NCBI RefSeq assembly: GCF_009914755.1
Contig: NC_060948.1
Source: the human T2T-CHM13v2.0 reference genome, Homo sapiens
Reading direction: 5' to 3' (one strand)
DNA length: 64,000 nt
The notes under the pieces were generated by a model. The model was not told where the DNA came from, ran no database searches, and worked only from the letters and a program-made list of their open reading frames with translations. Position 1 is the first letter of the stretch, and each line of letters opens with the position of its first letter. Of this stretch, positions 1 through 12,690 are shown in pieces. A program made the translations under genes and the position numbers.

Positions 1-3000
1 TTTCTTCACCTGTTGAGATAATCATGTGGTTTTTGTCATTGCTTCTGTTTATATGCTGGATTACATTTATCAATTTGCATATGTTGAACCAGCCTTGCAT
101 CCCAGGGTTAAAGCCCACTTGATCATGGTGGATAAGCTTTTCGATGTGCTGCTGGATTCAGTTTCCCAGTATTTTAGTGAGGATTTTTTCATCAATCTTC
201 ATCAGAGATATTGGTCTAAAATTATCTTTTTTTGTTGTTGTGTCTCTACCAGTTTTCAGTATCAGGATGATGCTGGCCTCATAAAGTGAGTTAGGGAGGA
301 TTCCTTCTTTTTCTCTTGATTGGAAAAGTTTCAGAAGGAATGGTACCAGCTCCTCCTTGTAGGTCTGGTAGAATTCGGCTGTGAATCCTTCTGGTCCTGG
401 ACTTTGTTTGGTTGGAAAGCTATTAATTATTTCCTCAATCTCAGAGCCTGTTATTGGTCTATTAAGAGATTCAAGTTTTTCCTGGTTTAGACTTGGGAGG
501 TTGTATGTGTTGAGGAATTTATCCATTTCTTCTAGATTTTCAAGTTTATTTGTGTAGAGGTGGTTATGGTATTCACTGATGGTAGTCTGTATTTCTGTGG
601 GATCTGTGGTGATATCCCCTTTATCATTTTTTATTGTGTCTATTTGATTCTGCTCTCTTTTCTTCTGTATTTGTCTTGCTAATGGTCTATGAATTTTGGT
701 GATGTTTTCAAAAAACCAGCTCCTGGATTCATTGATTTTCAGATGGGTTTTTTGTGTCTCTATCGCCTTCAGTTCTGCTCTGATCTTAGTTATTTCTTGC
801 CTTCTGCTAGCTTTTGAATGTGTTTGCTCTTGCTTCTCTAGTTCTTTTAATTGTGATGTTAGGGTGTCAATTTTATATCTTTCCTGCTTTCTATCATGGG
901 CATTTAGTGCTATAAATTTCCCTCTAAACACGGCTTTGAATGCATCCCAGAGATTCTGGTATGTTGTGTCTTTGTTCTCAAAGACACATCCTTGAGATGC
1001 TGTTTGTTGGTTTCAAAGAACATCTTTATTTCTGGCTTCACTTCGTTATGTACACAGTAGTCATTCAGGAACAGACGGTTCAGTTTCCATGTAATTGAGC
1101 AGTTTTGAGTGAATTTTCTAATCCTGAGTTTTAGTTCGATTGGACTGTGGTCTGAGAGAGAGTTTTTTTATAATTTCTGTTCCTTTACATTTGCTGAGGA
1201 GTCCTTTACTTCCAACTATGTGGTCAATTTTGGAATAGGTGTGGTGTGGTGCTGTAAAGAATGCATATTCTGTTGATGTGGGGTGGAGAGTTCTGTATAT
1301 GTCTATTATGTCGGCTTGGTGCAGAGCTGAGTTCAATCTTGGATATCCTTGTTAACTTTCTGTCTCATTGATCTGTCTAATTTTGACGGTGGGGTGTTAA
1401 ATTATCCCATTATTATTGTGTGGGAGTCTAAGTCTCTTTGTATGTCTCTAAGGACTTGCTTTATAAATCTGGGTGCTCGTTTACTGGGTGCATATATATT
1501 TAGGATAGTTAGCTCTTCTTGTTGAATTGATCACTTTACCATTATGTAATGGCCTTCTTTGTCTCTTTTGATCTTTGTTGGTTAAAAGTCTGTTTTACCA
1601 GAGTCTTGGCTTGCAACCCGTGCCTATTTTTGTTTTCCATTTGCTTGGTAGATCTTCCTCCATCCCTTTATTTTGAGCCTATGTGTGTCTCCGTACGTGA
1701 GATGGGTTTCCTGAATAGAGCACACTGATGGGTCTTTACTCTTTATCCAATTTGCCAGTCTTTGTCTTTTCATTGGAGCATTTAGCCCATTTACATTTAA
1801 GGCTAATATTGTTATGTGTGAATTTGGTCTTGTCATTAAGATGTTAGCTGGTTATTTTACTCACTAGTTGATGCAGTTTCTTCCTAGCCTCAATGGTCTT
1901 CACAATTTGGCATGTTATTGCAGTGGTTGCTACTGGTTGTTCCTTTCCATGTTTAGTGCTTCCTTCAGGAGCTCTTGTAGGGCAGGCCTGGTGATGACAA
2001 AATCTCCCAGCATTTGCTTTTCTGTAAAGGATTTTATTTCTCCTTCACTTATGAAGCTTAGTTTGGCTGGATATGAAATTCTGGGTAAAAATTCTTTTCT
2101 ATAAGAATGTTGAATATTGGCCCCCACTCTCTTCTGGCTTGTAGACTTTCTGCCAAGAGATCAGCTGTTAGTCTGATGGGCTTCCCTTTGTGGATAAGCT
2201 GACATTTTTCTCTGGCTGCCCTTAACATTTTTTCCTTCATTTCAACTTTGGTGAATCTGACAATTATGTGTCTTGGAGCTGCTCTTCTTGACGAGTGTCT
2301 TTGTGGTGTTCTCTGCATTTCCTGAATCTGAATTTTGGCCTGCCTTGCTAGATTGGGGAACTTCTCATGGATAATATCCTACAGTGTTTTCCAACTTGGT
2401 TCCATTCTCCCCATCACTTTCAGGTACACCAATCAGACGTAGATTTGGTCTTTTCACATAGTCCCATATTTCTTGGAACCTTTATTCATTTCTTTTTATT
2501 CTTTTTTCTGTGAACTTCTCTTCTCACTTCATTTCATTCATTCGATCTTCCATCACTGATACCCTTTCTTCCAGTTGATCAAATCAGCTACTGAGGCTTG
2601 TGCATTCATCACGTTTTTCTTGTGCCTTGGTTTTCAGCTCCATCACATCCTTTAAGGACTTCTCTGCATTGTTATTCTAGTTAGCCATTCATCTATTTTT
2701 TTTCAAGGTTTTCAACTTTGCCATGGGTTCAATCTTCCTCCTTTAGCTCAGAGTAGTTTGATCATCTGAAGCCTTTTTCTCTCAAATAGTCAAAGTCATT
2801 CTCTGTCCAGCTTTGTTCCATTGCTGGTGAGGAGCTGTGTTCCTTTGGAGGGGGAGAGGTGCTCTGATTTTTAGAGCATCCAGTTTTTCTGTTCTATTAT
2901 TTCCCCATCTTTCTGGTTTTATCTATCTTTGGTCTTTGATGATGGTGACGTACAGATGGGGTTTTGGTGTTGATGTCCTTTCTGTTTTTTAGTTTTCCTT

Positions 3001-3862
3001 CTAACAGTCAAGACCCTCAGCTGCAGGTCTGTTGAGTTTGCTGAGGTCCACTGCAGACCCTGTTTTCATGGGTGTCAGCAGCGGAGGCTGCAGAACAGCG
3101 GATATTGGTGAACAGCAACTGGTGCTGCCTGATCATTCCTCGGGAATTTTTGTCTCAGGGGAGTACCTGGTCATGTGAGTTGTCAGTCTGCCCCTACTGA
3201 TGGGTACCTCCCAGTTAGGCTACCTGGGGGCCAGGGACCCACTTGAGGAGGCAGTCTGTCTGTTCTCAGATATCCATCTGCGTGCTGGGAGAACCACTAC
3301 TGTCTTCAAAGCTGTCAGACAGGGACATTTAAGTCTGCAGAGGTTTCTGCTGCCTTTTGTTTGGCTATGCCCTGCCCCCACAGGCAGAGTCTACAGAAGC
3401 TGGCAGGCCTCCTTGAGCTGGGGTGGGCTCCACTGAGTTCGAACTTCCAAGCTGCTTCATTTACCTACTCAAGCCTTGGCAATGGTGGACGCCCTTCCCC
3501 CAGCCATGCTGCCACCTTGCAGTTTGATCTCAGATTACTGTGCTAGCAATGAGTGAGGCTCCATCAGTGTAGGACGCTCTGATGCAGGCACGGGATATCA
3601 TCTTCTGGTGTGCCGTTTGCTAAGACCGTTGGAAAACCACAGTACTAGGGTGAGAGTGACCTGATTTTCCAGATGCCACTTTCTTTGACTAGGAAAAGGA
3701 ATTCCCTGACCCCTTTTGCTTCCCGGGTGAGGTGATACCTCACCTTGCTTCAGGTCACAATTGATGCACTGCACCCACTGTCCTGCCCCACTTCCCAACA
3801 CTCCCAAGTGAGATGAACCTGGTACCTCAGTTGGAAATGGAGAAGTCACCCATCTTCTTCCT
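1..3862 (-). mobile_element. L1PA LINE-1, 5' half (5'UTR, ORF1 ~1900-2908, ORF2 from 1836 running off the window), disrupted
   Basis: ORF fragments match the L1 ORF2 endonuclease (MTRPNSHITILALNVNGLNAP, SVCSIQETHL) and ORF1 (PRHIIVRFTKVEMKEKMLRAAREK, PRISYPAKLSF). Many stops and frameshifts. 5'UTR at 2910-3862 appears to lack the extreme 5' end. Confidence 0.96.
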
Positions 3863-4061
3863 TCAGGTTTTGAGCTGATCACTATCCCTAGGACACAATC
3901 AAAAAACATTCTTTGAATAAATATTAAAACTATAAGCCTTCTTTTAATAAGTCAGCTTGTTTGATGGTGATGTCATAATCTAATTCCATAAAAAAAATTC
4001 CTGACATATATACACAATACACATGTGTGTATGTGCTTCAGTGGTCCATATGCATCTATGT

Positions 4062-4092
<31 letters not shown>

Positions 4093-4399
4093 AAGTACCT
4101 ATTTTCCTATTTACTTACTTCCAAGGCTCTAGAACATATATCAGAGGAATTATTTAACAAACTGTTACTAATTAGTAAATACTCTTCATTTCTTTAAAAA
4201 CAAAGGTGTATTATGTCTTCTTAGAAAATGACAATTTAGACTTTCAGAAATATTTAGTAAATAGTTGTTCTGCAATCATTGTAAAATGCACCCATCAAAA
4301 TCAGGTTTAAATTTAACTAATCTATAAAGCCTAACTCCCTCAGTGAAAAAGCTGTTACAGGTAATAATAGTGATAGTAACAGTAATAATAATAAAACAG

Positions 4400-5852
4400 T
4401 GCCAGCACTTTGAAAAATCAGGTCAGTCACAGACTTCAATAAATATTCCTCTTTCACTACAAATTTTACCTCAACAAGTTTGTTTCTACAAATAATGCCA
4501 GCTTCTGTACACAACTTAATGTCTGTCAATTCCTCAGTTTCACACTCTGCATTGTTCCAAGAATGTGTCTAAACAGCAGAGCTCTCCCTTAGTATATTAA
4601 GCAAAAAAAAAATAAACTTGCCGTTTCCTTTTAGGTGTTCGATGGCATTTTATTAACCTTGGAGAAAAAGCAAGCCCTATATGGGTAGGAGTTCTGCCTC
4701 ATGGAGAAGGCCCTAGCATCAGCAACAGAGCCTACATCTCAGGCGCTAAGTTGGAACTAAGGAAACGGTGTAAATTTGGATAATTACCATGTTGCTGCTA
4801 CTTGCTAACATTCTGAAACAAATTTTTGATTGAAATGAAAAAGATTTTCCACTGTAGAAATTCACCTCCTTTTGGATTTATCTTAACCTTTTCAGAAATT
4901 GTTCCTATTACATCAGTTTCCTCATTCACTGATTTTTATTTTCTCTTATTGTCTAATATGCATTTTTTGTGAATGCATACTTTTATTATGTTGGAACAAG
5001 GCAGAGAACAAATAATTCTGATCAAAGCTGTCCACTATGCAAACTTCTATCAAATAACTTTTTAAAAAGTAGGAGATACTTGAATATTGGTTCTACTAAA
5101 CAACTTTAGCAAAATTGAAAATCCTATAACCCCAGCTATAATCCTGACAAACTTTGTTTTCATTTGATTCACTTATTGTAATAACCCAGGATCATTCATG
5201 ACTATATTATGACTAGGATCATTCATGACTGTATTATGGATACACATTGTGCTTTCTGAATGCACAATGTGTATCCATAATATAGTGTGACAATGCACCT
5301 GTATGCATGTGTATTATTTATGCCTTTCAACTGTATTAAAGATTAGCTCCATCCCAAATACCATTCATTGAGATTTCTCCCTTGGTACCTCCAAAACAGA
5401 GGCTGACTAGGGTTTTATTTTTTCACATTCATGTTTTACAAAAATATTCAAAAAGTAATTGGAAGGAAAAGCAGAGAAATAGAAAATATATCATTTAGTT
5501 TCTAATCATTGATTAACTGAACTGACCTTACTTTACTAATGTTTACCCTAAGTTGAATCAATGGAACTTATGTACACTTTTTCAAATCCTTCTGCTATAC
5601 GGAAACCAAACTTGGAGTTAAGAAATCTTCAAAATATAACATCAAAGAGTTCTAAATGTGAGCTTTTAAAAATAATTTTCTCGAGAGATGTTTCAACACT
5701 GTTAACTTCTCGAAGGTGCCTGAGACTCAATATTTTAGGACATTTAGCAGCATTTCTAACCTCTCAGCAATAGATGCTAGTAACAACCTTACCAATTCTA
5801 CTTTGAGTCACAAACCAGGGTTAGGGTGAAGTCTAAAGTAAAATCTGAAGAC
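4400..5852 (-). pseudogene. Degraded relic of a multi-PDZ (PTPN13/FRMPD2-like, possibly PRY-lineage) gene: PDZ1, PDZ2 and start of PDZ3
   Basis: Manual minus-strand translation with frameshifts. 5852-5532 gives ...LELFDVIF*RFLNSKFGFRIAEGFEKVYISSI (bounded by AG and GTAAG). ~5385-5275 gives ISMNGI..LIFNTVER..IVTL. 4930-4600 gives PKGGEF.TVE..QHGNY..LAP..GSVADARGLLHEAELLPI*G..NAIEHLKGNG. 4529-4460 gives TEAGIICRNKLVEVKF. Motifs and order parallel PTPN13/FRMPD2 PDZ1-3 as recalled. Confidence 0.55.
5188..5286. repeat. Short tandem duplication fused to a 25-bp-arm near-perfect hairpin
   Basis: actgtattatggatacacattgtgc (5228-5252) and gcacaatgtgtatccataatatagt (5262-5286) are complementary at 24/25 positions. 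aggatcattcatgact occurs twice immediately upstream. Confidence 0.9.
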
Positions 5853-7329
5853 CTATAAAAACCCTAGAAAATCACATGGACTGTCTGTTACCTCTATGAG
5901 CTCATCCTCTATAATTTTCCCCCTTCTACAGCCTGCTGCAGCCACAGGTAGCTGGCTTTTTAAAAACAATTTATACAGCCTTCCACCAGGAATCATTGTA
6001 CTTATTGAACTTGCTGCATGCTTACATTATTTTCTTATTATTTTCTTTAGATAATTATTTGAAAGTCACTTTGTAAGCCACTTATTGTATGTTTGTTTTA
6101 CAAAAACCAAAATGTACTTTATAACAGAGAATCTTACCTCATGCATTTTATACAAAATTGATAATTTCACTTAATAAAAAAACAAAAACTTTATAACATG
6201 ACCACTAAAACAAAAACCTAACACCTGGGATTGCAAATTGGAAATGTAACATTCACTTTAAGTATTTTAAACAAGAGACAAAACATAAACCTCATAAATA
6301 ACAATAAACTCTGAAATTAGAAAACACTCAGTGCTTCATAGATAAAAATAAAAGTAAAACGGCAGGGATGGCAGTTTCAAACCATTCCAAAAAAAAAAAA
6401 AAAAGTTTCAAACCATCAAAAACAGTCTGGACCCTGAAAATCAATAGTTTATATAAACCAAGTAAACATTTAATCCAGAAAGACAATTACAAAATGGTAA
6501 AGTTTTTTTTTTTTTTCTTTAAGGATTGTCATATCACCTCCTAGGCACATATGAAGCCTTCAGAATTGAAATCCACATTGTCAAAATGAGGACCTGATTC
6601 CTGCTTCTCAAAAAAGGAAAGAAACCCTTATGTGCTAAATTACTGTGTTTTTTTTTCCAGTCTTTCCAGAGGACATATGAAAATTTGATAAAATAAACAT
6701 TTATTTCTCCTTTGCCTAACTCAGAAGTCACTCTTGGTTGGAAATGCCAGGAATTGGTCACAAACATTTAAGTTGCTGAATACAAAAAATACAGTTATCT
6801 TTTACACTAGGCAAAGGATAAACAGGAGCAAAAGTTGGAGAGATTTGTATTTGCAAAAATCTGAATATTCAAAAGCAGTTTAATACATTGAAGCACTTAG
6901 AAAATCATGCATATGCTTATGACAGGAACATTCTAAAAAACATGTAAAACAATATACTTTAACCCTCAAGTTTATCTATAGCTTCAGAGTCAGAAGAAAG
7001 TGAATGTTAGGAAAGAATTAGAAACAACCCCCCTGAGAGTTAAAGGAGAGTGTTAATACATACCCTGTATTTAAAGGTGATAGTTTTCATATTGCTCTTA
7101 TTCAAAGTGCTAATGGAATGTCAGCTGAGCTTTTAATAACTAACACGTTGCATTTCAGAAATACCAAAAAGCATTCAGAGTTAGCACGTTATGACATTTC
7201 AAATACAGAGGTAACATTCAGTGTTAGCACATTATGGCATTTCAAATATAGTTTTCTGAAAACCAAAAACACAAAAACAAACAGAAAGTTTTGAACAATG
7301 TAAACTAAATGCAGGAATTAAATGTGTCC

Positions 7330-9055
7330 CAAATTTTATAGACAAAGAACTTAAAACAACAGTTTTAAGTAGGGCTAAAGAGAAATGACGGACAAATGAT
7401 GAAAGAATAACCTGAGAGCGTCAGTGAGACAAATTATAAAAGAACCCATAAAAATGGGAAAACTACTGAAGATATTAAAGGGATTTAACAGTAGATTTAA
7501 GCAAGTAAATATTCAGTCAGTCTGAAGGAATAAAAACTGAAATAACCCAGTCTGAGAAGTACAATTTAAAGAAAGTGAAAAAAAAAAAAAAACTGAAGAG
7601 TAAATAGAACACCATGCGTTATACTGGTACATGCATTATGAGCATCTTATAAATGAAGAAAAACAGAGGCCAAAAATTTTTAAGGCAAAAATGACTAAAC
7701 ATTTCCTGAACTTAAAAATCACAATCTGAAAGATGAAAGAGGACAAAAATCTTCAACCACAATATAGTCAATGATAGCCACATCAGAAAACATTACAGGC
7801 AATCAAGAGCCAATACAAAGAAAATTGTAAAAGCAGAAAGGGAATAGCAACTTTCTATGTACAAGAAGGTCTCGATTAAAATTAACACATGATTGTTCAG
7901 CTGAATCCATGGAGTCAGAAGGTGGTGGGATATCCAAGTTTTAAGAAAAATGCTATCAAACCTGAAATATATAACTGGTAAAATGAAACTAAGAAAACAT
8001 ATATAGATAAGGAAAAGCTAAAGGAAATTGTGACTTAAACTTCTCTATAACAAAATGCTATTGCTCTTTCAACCCTGGCAAACTTAACTGCTAATGAACA
8101 ATCTGTGTGCACAGATAAAATCAGAGAAAGTAATATAAATTGAGAAGGATGGAAAACTACAAGAGCAGCATATTTTTATACTGCTGACCTTAAACATTAA
8201 ATTATTCATACAAGTTAGTATTCTTCATAGTAGGATATTTTAAGTTTTCAATAATAGTTGAAATCCCAAGTACACCTAATTGTAATATGAAAAATACAAC
8301 AGCAGTTTTTAAAAATTATCCAGATTTTTTAAATGAGCAAAAAAGAAATTGAGGATCAAGCAAGAGAAAGAGCATATGGAAAACATGTAAGTCCATGTCA
8401 GAGTATGTAATATTTTACTTGTAAGAACTGTAAATGTGAGCTCTTGCTTAAAAAGGCACACATTGTTGCAAGTGTACCCTTAAACGAAGGAGTCACTTTT
8501 GTGACTTCTATGCAAGGCATACTTTAGGTGCAAAGACAAATAGGTCGAAGTAAAATAATACTAGATTCTGGGAAAGTTCTGCAATGTACAAGGGATCACT
8601 GTATATCCGTCCCTTCAACTATACAATGGGTGCAGTGGCAGGATTAGTATGATGCAATTACTATAGAATTCCGAGTCTACCTGAAGGTTTACAGCTTCCA
8701 AAAAAAGATTTTATCAATTTTGTAGCACAGATCAACAGCAGCTACTTATTCCTTAATAACCACCAATGTGGGATGCTGCTTTGCAAATATTTCTGGAGCA
8801 GCTTACAAGAGCCATGGCAAACAAAAAGGACCCTGTCCTCCAAATCTCAGGGGGACTCATTTGCCGATTGCTGCTTCTGCTTATGGAGGTCCCGACAGAG
8901 GTGAATCGTCATTGTTATATTCCCCAAATATTATGCAGGCTCTTTGTCCCTCTGTGCAACCAACTTTCAGTAGATTTAAAAAGCGAAAATATTTTTTCTT
9001 GATTGTTCTTCTTTTTCTCTTAAGATGTTTGTAGACTAAAACATTCAAAATTAAT

Positions 9056-9107
<52 letters not shown>

Positions 9108-10740
9108 ATGAATTGTGGTTTTAACGATATGTGCCCCAAAACAATGGGCCTCAAAAGAGACCCAAGACAAAGCTCAATACAGCTGATTTACAGGAGAGTA
9201 AGAGCCTATATAATGAGTAAACAAAACTCTACCAAACCATAGAAGTAGAAAATCTTATGTTCAAAGTTACAGCACTTTAAAATTTAAATGCTCTTTTTCA
9301 GCACCAGCAAAATCACAAACTACAGAGTGAAATAGAGAAGTATGGCTCATTTTAATAACAACTACAAAATAATTACGAAAAAATAAGCTTTTTTTTGACA
9401 GCCCAAATGGCAGCCTTACTAAAATATAATATTTACAATTAAGCTACATAATAAGCTAATAGAATGAACAAAAGAAGCACAAACAATTACAGACAAAAAT
9501 TATTAATCAAAAGAGTAAAATTATTTTAAAACCTAAAAAAGTCTAGAGATAAACCACACAGTGAAACAGAGAAGTATGGCTCATTTTAAGACGTAAAAAA
9601 AAATTATGGTCTGAAACTTTTTTTAGACAGCCCAAATGGTGGTCTTACAGAAACATAATATTTAAAATTAAGTTTCAGAGTAAGCTAATAGAAGAAAAAA
9701 AAGAACCACAAAAAATTATGAACAAAAATTAATAAAAAAGTAAAACTATTTTGAAACCTAAAAAAGTCTAGGGATAAAAAGAAAAAAATATTCACTACAG
9801 ATATTTAAAAGCAGACTTGAGCTGGGGGAAGAACAAACTATCAGCAAACCAAAGAAAGGGTGTTGACATAATTAAGTTAGGAAATGAAAGAAAAAGTATA
9901 AAGCAATGGGAATAAAGCCTAAAATGTCGTGGAACACTATCAAGCAGACATATTACGCATACTGGAAGTTCAAAGGATGAGAAAAAGAATCAGGAAGACT
10001 ATTTAGAAACAATAATGTTAAAGAATGTCAAAGGCAACAAACTCCAAGTAAGAGAAACTCAAATAAACAAACTTAAATTATATGATAATTAAACTCATCA
10101 AAAGAAAGACAGAGAAAATCCTGAAAGCAACAAAAGAAGTGGCTAGTTATGTTACTGGCTAGTAACCCTCAAAAATAATCAGCAGATACCTTATCTGAAA
10201 ACTCAGAGGACAGAAAGCAATAGATTAACATATTCCAAATGATGTGAGAAAAAACTTTTGAACAGAAATCTTATGTTCAAAACATTGTCCCTTATAAGTG
10301 AGGGAGAAATTATGACATTTCCAGATAAAAGCTGGGACATTTTACCAGTAGACTATCTTTTTAAAAAATGCCTTATGGGATACTTCATGGTAAAATGAAC
10401 AGATAATAAGGAGCAGTATGAATGGATATATATTAAGGTAAAGATAAATATATAAGCTATTATAAAACATAAAGAATAACAGTGTACACCTCCACAATGT
10501 GTTTCCCATGCAATTTAAAACACAAATATATTTAATAAAAATACTATCACTAAGTTGCGTTTTTGACATACAGTGCATAAAGGTATGATTTTGAGAACTC
10601 AATAAGGAAATCATGGGGGTGCAGTTATACAGGGTTAAGGGATTTGTGTGTTATTGAAAGTCAGCTAGTATAACTTTAAAAGTGGAATACCTTTAGAATA
10701 TTCAATGTAATCACAGTATCAATGACAATTAAAAAAGAAA
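7330..10740 (+). mobile_element. Old L1M-type fragments (ORF1-like and 5' region), with an internal ~230-bp tandem duplication
   Basis: A-rich sequence with degraded L1 ORF1-like tracts at 7880-8050 and 10080-10390. 9323-9552 is repeated at 9557-9778. Confidence 0.6.
9059..9107. repeat. (CA)n(TA)n microsatellite
   Basis: Directly visible. Confidence 0.95.
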
Positions 10741-10744
10741 AAGA

Positions 10745-12690
10745 GTAACAGACAGGTAGAAAGCTTTCTGTACTACACCAGAGAGTAAGAGATGTGGATT
10801 TAGCTACTCTCACTTGAGGCTACTAAGCCAGCTATCATGCACCATGAGACAAAGCCCAAGCTGTCCCACCAGGGCATAATTGTGGAGAGCCTAAAGCCCA
10901 TAGCATAGCTGCTATTTCAAACAATTTTCACTACGTCAGTGGTGATGAAATAGAATAGGCTCATCCATACGCAGAACCTGGTAAAGAACTGGAGGCAGAA
11001 AGAAGTGGCTATGTGGAGATGCAAATGAAACAAATTTGGCACAGCAACTACTTCAATCCTGTGTCTTTCTTCCTGGCTTTCCAGGAGTTTGAGGTTGAAA
11101 CTATTGTTGACAAAAGACGAGACAAAAATGGAAAGACAGAGGCCAGGCACAGTGGCTCATGCCTGTAATCCCAGCACTTTGCAAGGCTGAGGCGGGCAGA
11201 TTACGAGTTCAGGAGATGGAGACCATTCTGGCTAATACAGTGAAAACCTCTTTCTACTAAAAATCATAAAGTTAGCCAGGCGTGGTGGCAGGCCCCTCTA
11301 ATCTCAGCTACCCGGGAGGCTGAGGCAGGAGAATCGCATGAACCCAGGAGGTGGAGGTTGCAGTGAGCCGAGATTGTGCAATTGTGCCACTGTACTCCTG
11401 CCTGGGTGATAGCTCAAGACTTTGTCTAAAAAAAAAAACAAAACAAAACAACAACAACAACAACAAAAATTTTTGGTGTTGCAAAGGTTAAGAAGAAACG
11501 GTATGACACTTGGGAACCAGAGCAGCACCGGTCAAAAATATATATATTACTTTAACAGATGACAGACTGAAAAACAGAAAAAGTAAAAAAGTGGCATGGA
11601 CCAGAACAACTAGAACTTTTTCAAACAATACCAGAAGATGAACTTCTACATCTACCAAGCCCAACTTTTCTAAGAATACTCCTAAAACGCTAGTGTCTGG
11701 CCAACACCACAAATTCAAAAGCAGCCAGTTATGTTCTGCCAGCCAGAATGTTAGCAGTAATCCAGGGTCACCTCTGTCCGACCCAAAGAATATGGAGCTA
11801 CTGTGTTCAACTATCAAGAAAGACACTTGCCCCTTACAACCCTTTTAACAACAAGAACACAGTGAGTGGCATTCAGGAACTCTAGAATCTGGACCCTATT
11901 GCAGCAGATCAGCAGGATACAGTGGTCTTCAAGGAGGAGGAAGGGAAGATCATCAGGGCTTTATCAGATCCCAGGGCAGGACATTGTGGAATAGAGAGCA
12001 AGACCCAGATTCACCCACTATTTTCTCAGAGGTCTGGCTCAGTTACGGCTTCCATGGCTGCAGACTCAGCTACCAAAAAAGGTATAGTGGTATTAATGGG
12101 CCAATCGGCAGCCAATGGAAAAACAGATGTGCATACATTAGTTGCAAGAGTGAAAGTTGGGCAAAGAAATGTTACTGACGGTGGCAGAGACCAGCTTTTT
12201 ATCCAGAAGATGTACCTCATCATAGGCCTAGCAGAAAGTGCCAGCACATACAGAGATATTGCAGTGAAGAAAGAGGACAGATTCACCCAGATGTGCCTAT
12301 AAACTAGATCAACATAAAAAATGTACTGAATATAGAAGTAATTAAAGCAATGGTTAATGCTCTGAATAGGGCTGCTGTGGGTGGCAGCAAGCTTGTGCTG
12401 TTCAGTGCAGCTGGAAGTGTCTTTTGCTGTGGTCTCGATTTGGGGTACTTTCTGAAGTATTTAAGGAAGGACAGAAACAGAACAAGCCTTGAGATGGTGA
12501 ACACCATCAAGAACTTTGTGAATACTTTCAATCAATTTTAAAAGCCTGTTTTTGTATCAGTCAGTGGCCCATCCTTCGGAATAGGTGCATCCACACTGCC
12601 TCTTTGTGATTTCTTCTGAGCTAATGAAAAGCCTTGGTTTCAAACCCCTTATATGACATCTGGACAGAGTCCAGATGGCTGTTGTGTTAC
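10745..12690 (+). pseudogene. CDY-family pseudogene: tandem copy of CDY1, Alu-interrupted, 3'-truncated by an LTR
   Basis: Colinear with the CDY1 5'UTR and CDS. Start codon mutated ATG->CTG at 11073, Alu in the chromodomain, frameshifts and stops. ORF remnants include [21 protein letters not shown] and [21 protein letters not shown]. Homology ends after GQSPDGC at ~12690. Confidence 0.95.
11141..11469 (+). mobile_element. Alu inserted in the CDY pseudogene chromodomain
   Basis: ggccaggcacagtggctcatgcctgtaatcccagcac start, dimeric body, A/CAA-rich tail. Confidence 0.97.

Noticed and set aside
1-330. Similarity between the window start and 63685-64000 suggesting a 64-kb repeat unit
   Set aside because: Both are the same part of L1 ORF2 from visibly diverged elements; coincidental.
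981-1006. ~25-bp insertion in L1 ORF2
   Set aside because: Looks like a local partial duplication or repair filler in a dead element; no functional implication.
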